From contig JAAERP010000192.1 of assembly GCA_024230215.1 (NCBI GenBank), positions 1 to 64,000 on the forward strand: 64,000 nucleotides of DNA. Direction: 5' to 3'. How positions within the stretch are numbered: the stretch's first letter is position 1; each line of letters begins with the position of its first letter. The stretch comes from Fuerstiella sp. Its GTDB lineage: Bacteria; Planctomycetota; Planctomycetia; Planctomycetales; Planctomycetaceae. Made by a program: the position numbers and the translations under genes. Below the pieces are notes generated by a model, which worked only from the letters and a program-made list of their open reading frames with translations, was not told the DNA's origin and searched no databases. Of this stretch, positions 49,262-59,995 are shown in pieces.

Positions 49262-50836
49262 ATGTCAATTCGCCGACCGACTTTCGTTTGTTTCATTGTG
49301 CTCTCCGCAGTTTTCTCGAATCCTGCAACCGCGGCACAAAAGCCCAATATCGTCTTCATCCTTGCGGATGATCTCGGCTGGCGTGATCTGAGTAACGAAG
49401 GTTCGACTTACTACGAGAGTCCGCATATCGACCGGATCGCCACGGGTGGAATGAAGTTCACTCGAGGTTATGCAACGTGTCAGGTGTGCAGTCCTTCGCG
49501 CGCGAGCATTCTCACAGGCAAGTATCCGACAAATCATGGCATCACGACCTGGATTGGCGATCGCTCCGGCGACGCGTGGCGCGGCACCGGACGACACGAC
49601 AGCCATCTGCCACCAGCGTACGAGCACAATCTGCGTGCCGACGAAGTCACGCTTGCTGAAGTCCTTAGCGACGCAGGCTATGAGACTTTCTTTGCGGGCA
49701 AGTGGCACCTGGGGAGCGAAGGTTCCTGGCCAACCGATCACGGTTTTAAGGTCAACAAAGGGGGCTGGGACGTGGGCAGTCCACGGGGTGGGTATTTCTC
49801 TCCGTGGCAAAATCCAAACCTTTCGTCTGGTCCCGCGGGCGAGTCATTGCCGATCCGGCTGGGACGCGAGACCGCGGCGTTCATTGAGAAGAATCAGGAC
49901 AAACCGTTCCTGGCGAACCTGTCGTTTTATTCGGTGCACGGGCCAATTCAGACAACGCCAGCGCTGTGGAAGAAGTACCGCGACAAGGCAGCCGATGCCG
50001 GACTGGCCGACGAGCGGTTCATCTTCGATCGACGCCTGGCAGTGCGCCAGGTTCAGGATTGCCCGATTTACGCGGGCATGATCGAGTCGATGGATGATGC
50101 GGTCGGCATTGTCCTGGAAACGCTCGACGAACTGGGCCTTGCCGAGAATACGATCGTTTGCTTCACGTCGGATAATGGTGGCGTGTCGTCCGGCGACGCC
50201 TATTCGACCAGCAACACTCCGTTCCGTGGCGGCAAGGGACGCCAGTGGGAAGGTGGCATTCGCGAACCGTTCTACATCAACGTACCTGGTGTTACAAAAG
50301 CGAACTCGACCAGTGCCGTGCCGGTTAGCGGCGTCGACTGGTATCCAACGCTGCTTGAACTCGCCGGCGTACCTGCGCCCGCCGAACAGAATGTTGACGG
50401 TGTGAGTCTTGTGCCACTACTCAAAGGCAACTCGATCACAGACCGCTCCCTGTTCTGGCACTACCCTCACTACGGTAACCAGGGCGGCGAACCTTCTTCG
50501 ATCATTACCGAAGACAATTGGAAGCTCATCCATTATCACGAGGATGGTCACGACGAGTTGTACGACCTCGACACGGATCCGGTCGAACAGAAGGATGTCG
50601 CAGGCGCCGAGCCAGACCGGGCCAAAGCTCTACGCACGAAACTCGACACGTGGCTGAAGTCCACAAATGCCAGATTCCCGACAAAGGACCCGCAGTTCGA
50701 TCCGAGCAAACGAACGGCTCGTTGGGAGTCGCTCAGGACGCGCGGCACGGCCAGCCTCGAAGCTCGCCACACCACCTACCTCAATTCCACCTACGTCCCG
50801 AACGAGAACTGGTGGGGAAGCTCGCCAAAGGATTAG
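49262..50836 (+). CDS. Sulfatase, secreted
   Basis: C-x-P-x-R motif (CQVCSPSRASILTGKY), IVFILADDLGW, and a signal peptide. Confidence 0.9.
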   Translation: MSIRRPTFVCFIVLSAVFSNPATAAQKPNIVFILADDLGWRDLSNEGSTYYESPHIDRIATGGMKFTRGYATCQVCSPSRASILTGKYPTNHGITTWIGDRSGDAWRGTGRHDSHLPPAYEHNLRADEVTLAEVLSDAGYETFFAGKWHLGSEGSWPTDHGFKVNKGGWDVGSPRGGYFSPWQNPNLSSGPAGESLPIRLGRETAAFIEKNQDKPFLANLSFYSVHGPIQTTPALWKKYRDKAADAGLADERFIFDRRLAVRQVQDCPIYAGMIESMDDAVGIVLETLDELGLAENTIVCFTSDNGGVSSGDAYSTSNTPFRGGKGRQWEGGIREPFYINVPGVTKANSTSAVPVSGVDWYPTLLELAGVPAPAEQNVDGVSLVPLLKGNSITDRSLFWHYPHYGNQGGEPSSIITEDNWKLIHYHEDGHDELYDLDTDPVEQKDVAGAEPDRAKALRTKLDTWLKSTNARFPTKDPQFDPSKRTARWESLRTRGTASLEARHTTYLNSTYVPNENWWGSSPKD

Positions 50837-50928
50837 AGCAGTTTTCTATTTATCGTGGATCCCGTGCCTCGTCTTCTCGCCGTTCGTCGCAAAGTCAAAG
50901 CCCTGCTGACTCTGCAACTCCACGGTCA

Positions 50929-51312
50929 TTATTCCTCTGATGCCTCATAGTAATCGTCATCATCGATGTCCGGGATTCCGACAACGAGAACACGCATCCG
51001 GCCGCGCGTACTATGGACGACATTGGGTGGTATGTGAATCAGTGATCCTGTGGCCACGTCATGCTCGATGCCGTCCAGCATAACGGTCCCCGCGCCATCC
51101 AACACGTAATACAATTCGGTTGATCGTTTGTGATAGTGGGGCTTGGCGCCATCAATATCTACAGCGTGTGCCCACGCAGCTGGCGAAAACTGAGCATCTT
51201 CGCGACTGATTAGTCGATCCCGCCACCCACACGCACTTCTTTCACGGGGAGTGTGCCCCTCATGGCGAACAAGGGCACCTTTGGCGGACAGGTTGTGGTC
51301 CGGTGAGTCCAT
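50929..51312 (-). CDS. Cupin-domain protein
   Basis: Cupin motifs HYHKRSTELYYVLDGAGTV and HIPPNVVHS. 127 aa. Confidence 0.7.
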   Translation of the reverse strand: MDSPDHNLSAKGALVRHEGHTPRERSACGWRDRLISREDAQFSPAAWAHAVDIDGAKPHYHKRSTELYYVLDGAGTVMLDGIEHDVATGSLIHIPPNVVHSTRGRMRVLVVGIPDIDDDDYYEASEE

Positions 51313-51748
51313 GAATAGTCAATCAGTAAGGACTTGTGGCAGAACGGCGAAGTTAACGTTGTGCGAGGAATTGATTCTGAATTTCAAACCATACAGCGCC
51401 GAGCACTCACGTTCAATGCTGTGTTGGCCACCTTAAACGAACGCGAGGCCGAGAGTAAGTTGGGCGCGGAGCGAACTCCCAGCACGTGAGATTGGCCAGG
51501 TCGCAGGTAAGATCGAACGTCGCGAGCGACTTGTTGGAATGTTGAACGACCACCGGGATGCGGCGTAGCCGGTGATCGCAATCGGACACCGTTTCCAGGC
51601 CTGCCGCACAATCGTTGCGCACGATTCACACCAAAAGCGGTGCGTTTGCCGAGCGTTGTATCCTGATCGGTCAGGTTGCCCGATCAGGAGCAATCACAGA
51701 TACTGGAATAAGCGTCTTCGAAGGCCTGGATCTGGCGCCACCGAACAG

Positions 51749-52702
51749 TCACGCGCCATTTGTCCAATCGTCCCACAGCGAATTCAGGTCAGCTGATTCC
51801 GGCGAGCCCGTGAACAGGACGACTCGATAACGGAGAGTCACCGATTCATCTTTGGGGAGCGTAAAGCTCTCCTTCCCAAAGTACATTGGCGTGGGCGAGG
51901 CAAATCCGTAGTCACGAGTGAACCAGGGTGAATCACCATTCATGTTCTCGGGGTGATCCAGAATAGCGATGCCTTCGGCAGGCCCGTCGCCACCGCGTTT
52001 GCCGTGGAACGCCATCCAGCGGGCGGGCTTGCCGAAAGTGGCTTTTTCGCCGGCGGCGCCAGCAGTGTTCATCAGATTGCCTCCGCCAGTGACCGCCAGG
52101 TCGGTGGCGGACCGCATGCTGAACAACGAGTGGTTGGTCCGTGGGATCGTCATGTCGGTCAGGGCGATCCAGCGAATCTCAACATCCAGCGTGTAGCCGC
52201 TATCGCATTTGCTGAACGTGAAGACGCGTTCATCGCGACAGGGGGCTTCGGCGTCGGGACGTTTCCACAGGCAGGCGTCGGTGATGGTAACCTTGTCGGC
52301 AGTTGCCTCCGCTACCTTGGGGCCCGCGGACAGTATCTGGCCCTGGTCGTAACCTGCCTGCCAATAATTGCCGCCGTTAACTCTATCGCACGCGAACCAA
52401 AGTGACCGGTGATGGGGCCAGGGCAGGCTGGTTTCCACCGTGAGCGGCAAACCGGACGCCGGGCCGGTGAGTGGGTAGAAGTAGGGGTACTTCTGGCTTT
52501 CATGCGCTCGGTAGCAGGTAACGACGTTCTTGCCTTTGCGAATCCAGATGCGCGGGCCAAGCTGATAGACGTTGAGCTCGTCATCCCCTTCGGCGGCGAA
52601 CATAGCGGCGGCCGGCACTCCACCGGTAGCGGCGAGGCCGCAAGCCATCGCCCCGGAATCACGAATGAAGGAGCGGCGGTTGTACATGTTTTCAGCGTTC
52701 AT
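51749..52702 (-). CDS. PmoA-family (PF14100/DUF6807-like) protein with Tat signal
   Basis: RRSFIRDSGAMACGLAATGGVPAAAMFA Tat motif and core YPYFYPLTGPASGLPLTVETSLPWPHHRSLWFA. Paralog of 12209 and 52745. Confidence 0.75.
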   Translation of the reverse strand: MNAENMYNRRSFIRDSGAMACGLAATGGVPAAAMFAAEGDDELNVYQLGPRIWIRKGKNVVTCYRAHESQKYPYFYPLTGPASGLPLTVETSLPWPHHRSLWFACDRVNGGNYWQAGYDQGQILSAGPKVAEATADKVTITDACLWKRPDAEAPCRDERVFTFSKCDSGYTLDVEIRWIALTDMTIPRTNHSLFSMRSATDLAVTGGGNLMNTAGAAGEKATFGKPARWMAFHGKRGGDGPAEGIAILDHPENMNGDSPWFTRDYGFASPTPMYFGKESFTLPKDESVTLRYRVVLFTGSPESADLNSLWDDWTNGA

Positions 52703-52744
52703 AACGTCTCCCTGTGCTGCAATGAAATGGAGGCTTCGTCGTCG

Positions 52745-53473
52745 TTACTCGGACAGCGAATTCAAGTAGTGCTCGTAGGTCTCGGTCATTTCTCTTACGT
52801 TTGGCTCTCCACGGTGAATGCGGAAGCGGTAGGCCAATGTGACTGGTTTGCCAGGCGAAAGCGTTTGCTCCTCCACGCCGGGCCAACCGACACACAGTGC
52901 ACCGTAGCAGCGTGTGAGCCACGTAGGAGGATAATCCGGATGGCCTGGCGAGACCATAATTGCCACGCCGCTCCGGTTGGGGCCATCGGGGATACTGGTC
53001 GTCAGCTTCCTGTCCCCGAGATACCAACCGTTTTGCACCGCCAACGTGGCCCTGTTTTCGTCCGCGTCGAGTTCCAACCACTTCTCAAACTTCTGAAAGA
53101 TATCAGGCCGTTCCCGGAGGCGGTGTTCCACTCCGTCGATCTTCACATGCGGCCAGGCCCAGAAGATGCCGTGATGATGGACATGGTCGTTGGGCGCGTC
53201 GTGGGTCAGGATCTCGCCGTCCAACCCGCGAAGGGTGTGGATATAGCAGCCGCGCGTGCGCCGGGTGTCGTCATGCGGGACTTTTTTAAAAGTTCTGGTC
53301 AGGTATTGGTAGGTGAACCACTCGACATCCCCGAACCTGAGCGTTCGGGTGCCTTCGCCCTCGTGCCATTGGAAGGAATCGGCGGCAGGGGCGACCTGTG
53401 CCGAGTGAACGCCGAGGACCAGAACGATAGCGAGGCAGGACAGGTTGCTCCAGTGATTCGTTGGATTGTTCAT
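52745..53473 (-). CDS. PmoA-family (PF14100/DUF6807-like) protein, secreted
   Basis: Signal peptide and core GCYIHTLRGLDGEILTHDAPNDHVHHHGIFWAWPHV. Confidence 0.75.
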   Translation of the reverse strand: MNNPTNHWSNLSCLAIVLVLGVHSAQVAPAADSFQWHEGEGTRTLRFGDVEWFTYQYLTRTFKKVPHDDTRRTRGCYIHTLRGLDGEILTHDAPNDHVHHHGIFWAWPHVKIDGVEHRLRERPDIFQKFEKWLELDADENRATLAVQNGWYLGDRKLTTSIPDGPNRSGVAIMVSPGHPDYPPTWLTRCYGALCVGWPGVEEQTLSPGKPVTLAYRFRIHRGEPNVREMTETYEHYLNSLSE

Positions 53474-53602
53474 ACGTGACCTGGGGGGATAGTGTGTCGA
53501 ATGTTAAGTTTGAAAGTGCGCGGAAGCGTCCGCGGCAATGTTCGGTAAAATTGGGCAATCGTTCACGTTGACACCTCCTGGCCTCGACGAGGTACTTTCG
53601 AC

Positions 53603-54742
53603 TTAGGACTTAGTCCTACTCTCGCGAGTGCGTTCCGCGAGGGCTCGCACTTGTTGCTCGTCGACGTCAATTCCCAGTCCTGGGCCGTCCGGCACATAGG
53701 CCTGGCCGTCAACGATCTTCAGCGGCCTGGTCAATACGTTTGCGGTCAGGAATTGGGGGCCATTCAGGGCGCAGGGCTGTTTCTGATCGAACGCCGCAAA
53801 TAAGTGTAATGTGGCCGCGAGGGAAATATCCGGGTCGGTCAGCCCGCTGCCGAGCCACCCCAACCCCGCGTCGCGGACGATTTCGATTTGTCGTTTGCAC
53901 GACGTCAGACCGCCGCAACGGGCCGGTTTCATCGCCACTCCGTCCAGCATCTCGAGTTTAATGAACTCGGTCAGTTCGACTGGTGAGACAATTCCCTCGT
54001 CCATGTAGATTGGCAGGGCCGCCTGCTTCTTGAGCATCCGGTACGTGCTGATGCGATTCGGCCTGACCGGAGCCTCCAATACGTCCACGCCAGCGTCGGC
54101 CAGGCGGGGAGCGGCAGCGAGGGCGTCCTGGGGCGCGTAGCCGCAGTTGGCGTCCGCCCAAAGAAAGCCGTTTGGCGCCAGGCGTTTTACTCGGCTGGCA
54201 AGTTGTACGTCGTAGTCAGCGTCGGGACCGACTTTGATATTAAAATTCTGATAACCGCGGCCGCGACCTTCTTCAATCAACTCATCCACGTCATCCAGTT
54301 TCACGGCGTTCACCGTCCAGCTCAAAGTCAACGGCGTGGCGACATTCCGGCCCCACAGCTTGTAGAGCGGCAAGTCGGCCAATTTACCGACGATGTCCCA
54401 CAGCGCGATGTCAATCCCGGCTCTCGTAATCGGCATGCCTGTGCTGAAGCCGGGGGCGACCACCGAATCCATCTTGTGATGGGCGCCTGCGATGTCGGTG
54501 GGATCGTGGCCCAGCAGGACCGGCCGATAATATTCGGCCAGAGTGGTCGTGGCCGCTTCGAGTGTTTCGTAGCTCCACCTGGCAATAGGAACGCTCTGCC
54601 CCCAGCCGAACGTACCGTCGTCCGCCGTCACCTTGACGATAACGGCCTCCCGGCCTGTTCCGCCGTGCGGCCCGGTGAAGAACTTGAAGAAGCCCGTCAT
54701 TGGGTAACGAAGCGGGAAGATTTCGATGCGTTCGATCTTCAC
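53603..54742 (-). CDS. Enolase-superfamily enzyme (mandelate racemase/muconate lactonizing enzyme family)
   Basis: N-terminal capping domain MKIERIEIFPLRYPM. KxK motif (NFNIKVG), metal-ligand Asp/Glu positions (WADANCGY, YMDEGI), and barrel end. Confidence 0.8.
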   Translation of the reverse strand: MKIERIEIFPLRYPMTGFFKFFTGPHGGTGREAVIVKVTADDGTFGWGQSVPIARWSYETLEAATTTLAEYYRPVLLGHDPTDIAGAHHKMDSVVAPGFSTGMPITRAGIDIALWDIVGKLADLPLYKLWGRNVATPLTLSWTVNAVKLDDVDELIEEGRGRGYQNFNIKVGPDADYDVQLASRVKRLAPNGFLWADANCGYAPQDALAAAPRLADAGVDVLEAPVRPNRISTYRMLKKQAALPIYMDEGIVSPVELTEFIKLEMLDGVAMKPARCGGLTSCKRQIEIVRDAGLGWLGSGLTDPDISLAATLHLFAAFDQKQPCALNGPQFLTANVLTRPLKIVDGQAYVPDGPGLGIDVDEQQVRALAERTRESRTKS

Positions 54743-54963
54743 TTTGCGACTCCTGGCGAGGTTTGTGCCGGCGCGGCGGTCAGTGCCAATCCAGACGCCA
54801 ACGTCGTTCGCCGCGAACTCTTAACGCCACGCTGAACAATCCCGTGGGATGCTGCCGTGTGCAGAGGGTCCATCAGCGCGGTCCTGGTCAAGTGGCGTGG
54901 AAATCAGCAACGGGAAGCGCAAATCAACACTCCGAGTGAGAACGCGCCAGGCACTGGTTGTGA

Positions 54964-56289
54964 TTAAACGTCAGGGATCTCGTAGCCCTTGCGCTGCTCG
55001 CGCTGGACGAACCTGTTCGCCTCTTTCTCTTTGAACTGTTCGCCGACGGGATCCCACGTCAGCCTACCGCCGGCCCAGCGAGCGATGTTGCCAAGATGGC
55101 AGAGTGTTGCCGAACGGTGGCCTATTTCGACGTCCGCAACCGACCTTTCACGTGACTTGATGCAATCGATCCAGTTGGCGAGGTGCTTTTGAGTCGGGTC
55201 CTTGTCCTGACGCATTTCGTCCTTGTAGGTTTGCACGATATCGGCAGGATCGGCCTTCAAGCTTCCACGGTCGATCCAGATCGTTCCCTTTTCGCCATAG
55301 AAGGTTCCGCCGCCTCGAGCGCCGCCGGAAAATTTCAGTTCTACGCCGTTGGCGTACTTCATCATAACGATGGGCGAACTGCACTGCTTATCGCCGATGC
55401 CTCGGTCGCCGGGTTCCGTCCAGGTGGGCGGGGCGAATGGCTTGCCTTCGGTCCATATTTCAACCGGCCCACTGTTTTCCATGCCCAATGCGCATTGAAT
55501 CTGATCGAGTCCGTGCGCCCCCCAACCTGTCATTTCGCCGCCGGACCAGCGGCGGAAGGAGATCCAACCGGGCTTGGCACGGGGGCGATAGATGTCTTCG
55601 TGATAGGGATGCGGCTGCGATTGTCCGAGCCACATGTCCCAGTCGATCCCCGTCGGAACAGGTTGCGACGGGAGGTTGCAACTCCAGGGGGTTTCGAAAT
55701 TGGCCGCTTCCACACGGAGAATCCTGCCGATGGCGCCTTCCCGCACAAGCCGACACGCCAGCACATTGGCGTTGGTGCTCCGCTGCTGGCTGCCGCACTG
55801 GACAATGCGTTCGTACTTGCGGGCCGCGTTGGTAAGTTGGCGACCCTCGCGAATGGTTAGAGTCATCGGCTTTTCGACATAGACGTCCTTGCCGGCCATA
55901 CAAGCATGAATGGACGCAAGTGTGTGCCAATGGTCGGGCGTGGCGACAACGACCGCATCCAGGTCCGCCATCTCCAGCATCTTCCGGTAATCCTGAAAGC
56001 TCTTGCACTTGTAGCGAGCGGCATCGGCTTCGGCGCGGAGAAGATTGCAGTCAGCGAGCGCCACGATCCGGGCGTCGGCGGGCAGGCCCCGTAACTGATT
56101 GGAGCGGCGACCACAGCCGATGTAGCCGATATTCACGCGCTCATTCGCCGAGGCGACACTGGCATTGCCGAGCACATGATTGGGAATGATTGTGGGAAAG
56201 CCAAACGCCGCGGCGCCGACCGCCGTCCTGCCGAGGAATTGACGACGGGACGAACATGAACTGTCGGACGGATTGGAAGGAGGGATCAT
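54964..56289 (-). CDS. Gfo/Idh/MocA family oxidoreductase with Tat signal
   Basis: SRRQFLGRTAVGAAAFGFP Tat motif and Rossmann VNIGYIGCGRR. Homologous to 1757-3061 (shared CDAYNHFRKI/CKSFQDYRKM and DAV..A.PDHWH motifs). ATG at 56289 is preferred over the TTG at 56343. Confidence 0.85.
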   Translation of the reverse strand: MIPPSNPSDSSCSSRRQFLGRTAVGAAAFGFPTIIPNHVLGNASVASANERVNIGYIGCGRRSNQLRGLPADARIVALADCNLLRAEADAARYKCKSFQDYRKMLEMADLDAVVVATPDHWHTLASIHACMAGKDVYVEKPMTLTIREGRQLTNAARKYERIVQCGSQQRSTNANVLACRLVREGAIGRILRVEAANFETPWSCNLPSQPVPTGIDWDMWLGQSQPHPYHEDIYRPRAKPGWISFRRWSGGEMTGWGAHGLDQIQCALGMENSGPVEIWTEGKPFAPPTWTEPGDRGIGDKQCSSPIVMMKYANGVELKFSGGARGGGTFYGEKGTIWIDRGSLKADPADIVQTYKDEMRQDKDPTQKHLANWIDCIKSRERSVADVEIGHRSATLCHLGNIARWAGGRLTWDPVGEQFKEKEANRFVQREQRKGYEIPDV

Positions 56290-56637
56290 GGTATTTCCGC
56301 GGACGGGAGTTAAGGCGGGATGTGCTGTGGCCGGCCTGGACAATGGCCACGGACTCTCCCGCCGTTATGAGGAAACAGTGCCCGAAACGCAATCAAATCA
56401 CTAGTGATAGTTTTGAATTCAGCACCGGAACTCACTCTATATGGAACAATCGCTGGTTCAGGGGATGCAAGTGTGCAAATGCGGCCATGGCCGCATTTGC
56501 ACACCTACCATTTTCGGGCGTTCATGGGTGAACCTGGGATGTGCCGGATTGCGCAGCTCGTACGATTTGTCCCATGCCGAAATGCGTCAGGGATGATTAG
56601 AGGTTTGTTCTGAAGAACGTGTCGCAGCTAATCATCC

Positions 56638-58107
56638 TCACCTGACCGTAGTCGGAGACGCAGTTTCTGACTTCATCACAAACGGAAGTTGGAAGACGCT
56701 CCCCTTGCTGTCAGAGAAATAGAGCCGGGATTCGGAAGGCTGTCGCCCGTGTCCGTCTGCCCAAAGGGCGATGAAGTCGGGGTTCGCGTTCAGCACACGG
56801 CGGACATAAGTGTGGTTCATGGCACTGTTCTGCGTCATCTGCCGTGTCCTGGTCCATGTCGCTCCGCGATCACGGCTTGTCCACATCGCGACTTCACCAC
56901 CCGGATTGAACGGCTGCGGTCCGCTTTCGGTTGGGCCGGTGATTCGCCAGTCATCCGCCCCCAACATCCAAAGTTCGCCCATGTCGTAGTTGTTGTCCGA
57001 TGTCGTGACCGGCGCCGAAAGCCAGCGCTCGCCGTCCCAACGTGTGATGGTCCACGTGCGAGGATCATTCTTCGGTCCGGACTGGTAGCCTTTGCTCGTG
57101 ATGTACAACATCACCGGATGGTCGTTTTCGTCAAAACGGAGGTCCTTGAGATAGACGTTCAGGCCTGTTGCTTCATAATCGCGAACGAGCCCGTCGTTGC
57201 GAACCTCGGTGAGCGGCAGTGACAGCTTGCGGCCATCGACCGATTGCCACGTCGCACCGTTGTCGGGGGATTCGACATAGTACAGGTTTGTACGCCAATT
57301 GAGACCCTTTCCCGCCGGGTGATAGTTAAACATCGAACCAACCTTTGTCCTGCCGATGCCGCTGACCTGGTAATGCCCATCGTCGATCGCCGCCAAACGC
57401 TGCCAACGGCTCCAGTTCTCACCATCAGGGCTGTTCATGAAACAGATGGTGCGTTTCGCTGGATAGCCGTATCGCGTGAAGAACGCGGCGAACCCACGGT
57501 CGGGTTTATGCCACGCCTGCATATATGAAAAGTTGGTAATCGGCTTCCTCTGGTCGCCGTCCAGGCGTGTGGCGGGGACCAATTCGAACTCGTCAATGTC
57601 GTATGGTCTGACACTGCGGTGAATGTACGAAGGGCGGGACGTTCCGTGGGATGTCGAGAAGATCCAAAGGTGCCCCTTTCCGTCGACTGAAATCACCGGG
57701 TTGTCATGGGCGTCACTGGTCTTCTTGTCGAGTAGGATTGTCGGGCGTGGTACTGTCTTCGTGGCATGATCGAAGTACGACACCATGTGCAGCAACTGGC
57801 GGTTGCTGTCGCGTGTCGTACCGCCAAAGCAGAAAAACGTTTTGCCAACCTGCTCACAATAGACAGCGAACGGTTTGTGTTTCGCGCAGTAGGTTCCCAA
57901 CCCGCCGCTGTACTTGTAAACGTACTCGTCATTCGACGGCTGGTTCATGTACCAGATGCCGCGATAGCCATCAGCCTTCGTGTTGAGGGTGATCGGTTTG
58001 CCGGTTTGACCGAGTACCACGCGGCTGGTCAGAAAGACCATCATGCACACAACCCATGGATGCGTAAGGACCGGTCGTGTTTTCCGTTTCGTCAGCGTCG
58101 TTTGCAT
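56638..58107 (-). CDS. BNR/Asp-box repeat protein (sialidase-like beta-propeller), secreted
   Basis: Signal peptide and at least three Asp-box S-x-D-x-G-x-T-W motifs (SPDGENWS, SPDNGATWQ, SRDRGATWT). Confidence 0.75.
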   Translation of the reverse strand: MQTTLTKRKTRPVLTHPWVVCMMVFLTSRVVLGQTGKPITLNTKADGYRGIWYMNQPSNDEYVYKYSGGLGTYCAKHKPFAVYCEQVGKTFFCFGGTTRDSNRQLLHMVSYFDHATKTVPRPTILLDKKTSDAHDNPVISVDGKGHLWIFSTSHGTSRPSYIHRSVRPYDIDEFELVPATRLDGDQRKPITNFSYMQAWHKPDRGFAAFFTRYGYPAKRTICFMNSPDGENWSRWQRLAAIDDGHYQVSGIGRTKVGSMFNYHPAGKGLNWRTNLYYVESPDNGATWQSVDGRKLSLPLTEVRNDGLVRDYEATGLNVYLKDLRFDENDHPVMLYITSKGYQSGPKNDPRTWTITRWDGERWLSAPVTTSDNNYDMGELWMLGADDWRITGPTESGPQPFNPGGEVAMWTSRDRGATWTRTRQMTQNSAMNHTYVRRVLNANPDFIALWADGHGRQPSESRLYFSDSKGSVFQLPFVMKSETASPTTVR

Positions 58108-58495
58108 TTTAGCCGGATTACTCCAGTGAGTGTGATCGCGTCTGCGCGAGTATTAGATCAATTTAATTATTGCCGTAGACGATACTGTCTTATGGAAGTG
58201 ACGAAACAGCTATTGAAGAATAATCTGCGGGCCACAAATCAGCGTGAAACGCTGTAGTTCCCATTGGCAGCCGCAGTCTGGCCTTGTTCTCGTACGCAAT
58301 GCTTGAATATCGCCTGCCAATGTGAACCGTTCACGACTCAACCATGTGCCGTTCGACGTTGTGGGAACCATGCTGCCATTTTCAAACCGACACTCAATAT
58401 AACATTTTCGGATTGTCGATGCAGTTGTCTTCTTTTGCAAGTGCCGGTTAAGAATACCGGGTTCGTCATAGTTGCAACCACGACCTGCTTCATCC

Positions 58496-59950
58496 TCAGG
58501 CGATCAGTTCATCAATGACGTTGCCGTACAGGTCCGTGAAGCGGAAATCCCGGCCGGCGTAGTGGTAGGTGAATTTCTCGTGGTCGAAGCCGAGCAGCTT
58601 CAGGACAGTCGCGTGCAGATCGTGAACGTGGACTTTGTTTTCGACAGCCTTGAATCCGAATTCGTCCGTCGCGCCGTGAGCGTAACCGCCGCGGGCTCCG
58701 CCGCCGGCCATCCAGGTGGTGAAGCCCCAGTGATTGTGATCACGACCATTGATCTTGCCGGCGTTGGCGCCCTTCTTCGGCAATTCCACAACGGGAGTGC
58801 GACCGAATTCCCCGCCACAGATCACGAGCGTGTCTTCCAGCATGCCGCGCTGCTTCAAATCCTTCAGCAGCGCACCGATCGCCTGGTCGCACTGTTTGGC
58901 AAGGCGGCGGTGATTGACTTCGATGTCGTCATGGTTGTCCCATGGCTGGCCGGCTCCGTGCCACAGCTGAACAAAGCGAACACCGCGTTCCACCAGTCGG
59001 CGAGCAATCAGGATTTGTCGCGCATTTACTCCGTCCCCGTACATGTCGCGGATATGTTTGGGTTCACGAGTAATGTCGAAGGCGTCAGCCGCTTCTGTCT
59101 GCATGCGAAACGCGAGTTCGAATGACTGAATGCGGGATTCCAGCTGAGCATCCCCGGTTCGCTGCGAAAGGTGCTTCGCATTCAGCTGTCTCAACAGATT
59201 CAGTTGCAGTGACTGCTGCTGCGGTATCACTCGATCGTTGCGAATATTTTCGATCAGCTTTTCGATTTGACTATGTTGGGTATCAACGTACGTTCCCTGA
59301 TACACACCGGGCAGGAACCCGGACTGCCAGTTCTGGGACTCCTGAATCGGATAACCGCCGGGACACATGGACACGAACGCCGGCAGGTTCTGATTCTCCG
59401 CACCCAGACCATAAGTCAGCCATGAACCGAAACTCGGCCTCACAAGCCTCGCTTCTCCGCAGTTCATCAACAACAAAGACGGCTCGTGATTGGGTATGTC
59501 GGCGTACATTGAACGAATCACGGCGATGTCATCGATGCTCTCGGCGACGTTCGGAAACAGTTCGCTGACTTCGATTCCGCTTTCTCCATGCTTGCGAAAC
59601 CGAAACGGCGACGGAAAGGCGGCTCCCGTAGGGCGCTCGGTCTTCAGGTTGCCACCAGGGATCAACTTGCCACCATGCTTCTGCAGCGCTGGTTTCGGGT
59701 CGAATGTGTCGACATGTGACGGTCCGCCGTTCATGAACAGATGAATGACGCGTTTGGCCTTCGCCGGAAAATGGGCCGCCTTTGGCAACAGTGGATTTGT
59801 GCTGCGGGCTGCTGCGGCCTGCGCTGTGTCTGATTTCAACATGGCTCCCAGCGCGAGGCCGCCAAAGCCCATTCCGCAGCGGGCCAGCATGCCGCGGCGT
59901 CCAACCGCGATGGGAGAGTGATTCCGGCTGTGCGCCGAACAATTTTTCAT
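58496..59950 (-). CDS. DUF1501 domain protein (sulfatase-like fold) with Tat signal
   Basis: RRGMLARCGMGFGGLALGA Tat motif, VIHLFMNGGPSHVDTFDPKP, and C-terminal GRDHNHWGFTTWMAGGG. Classic Planctomycete DUF1501. Confidence 0.9.
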   Translation of the reverse strand: MKNCSAHSRNHSPIAVGRRGMLARCGMGFGGLALGAMLKSDTAQAAAARSTNPLLPKAAHFPAKAKRVIHLFMNGGPSHVDTFDPKPALQKHGGKLIPGGNLKTERPTGAAFPSPFRFRKHGESGIEVSELFPNVAESIDDIAVIRSMYADIPNHEPSLLLMNCGEARLVRPSFGSWLTYGLGAENQNLPAFVSMCPGGYPIQESQNWQSGFLPGVYQGTYVDTQHSQIEKLIENIRNDRVIPQQQSLQLNLLRQLNAKHLSQRTGDAQLESRIQSFELAFRMQTEAADAFDITREPKHIRDMYGDGVNARQILIARRLVERGVRFVQLWHGAGQPWDNHDDIEVNHRRLAKQCDQAIGALLKDLKQRGMLEDTLVICGGEFGRTPVVELPKKGANAGKINGRDHNHWGFTTWMAGGGARGGYAHGATDEFGFKAVENKVHVHDLHATVLKLLGFDHEKFTYHYAGRDFRFTDLYGNVIDELIA

Positions 59951-59995
59951 AGAAGTGTTTCCTGGTGTTGTCCCGCGAAACCTTATGATCCATGG

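Noticed and set aside
49003-49359. Minus ORF with a signal-peptide-like N-terminus (MKTILGFCAAVAGF)
   Set aside because: It overlaps the start and signal peptide of the strongly supported + strand sulfatase. It is out of frame with the DUF1080 remnant and has no domain similarity.
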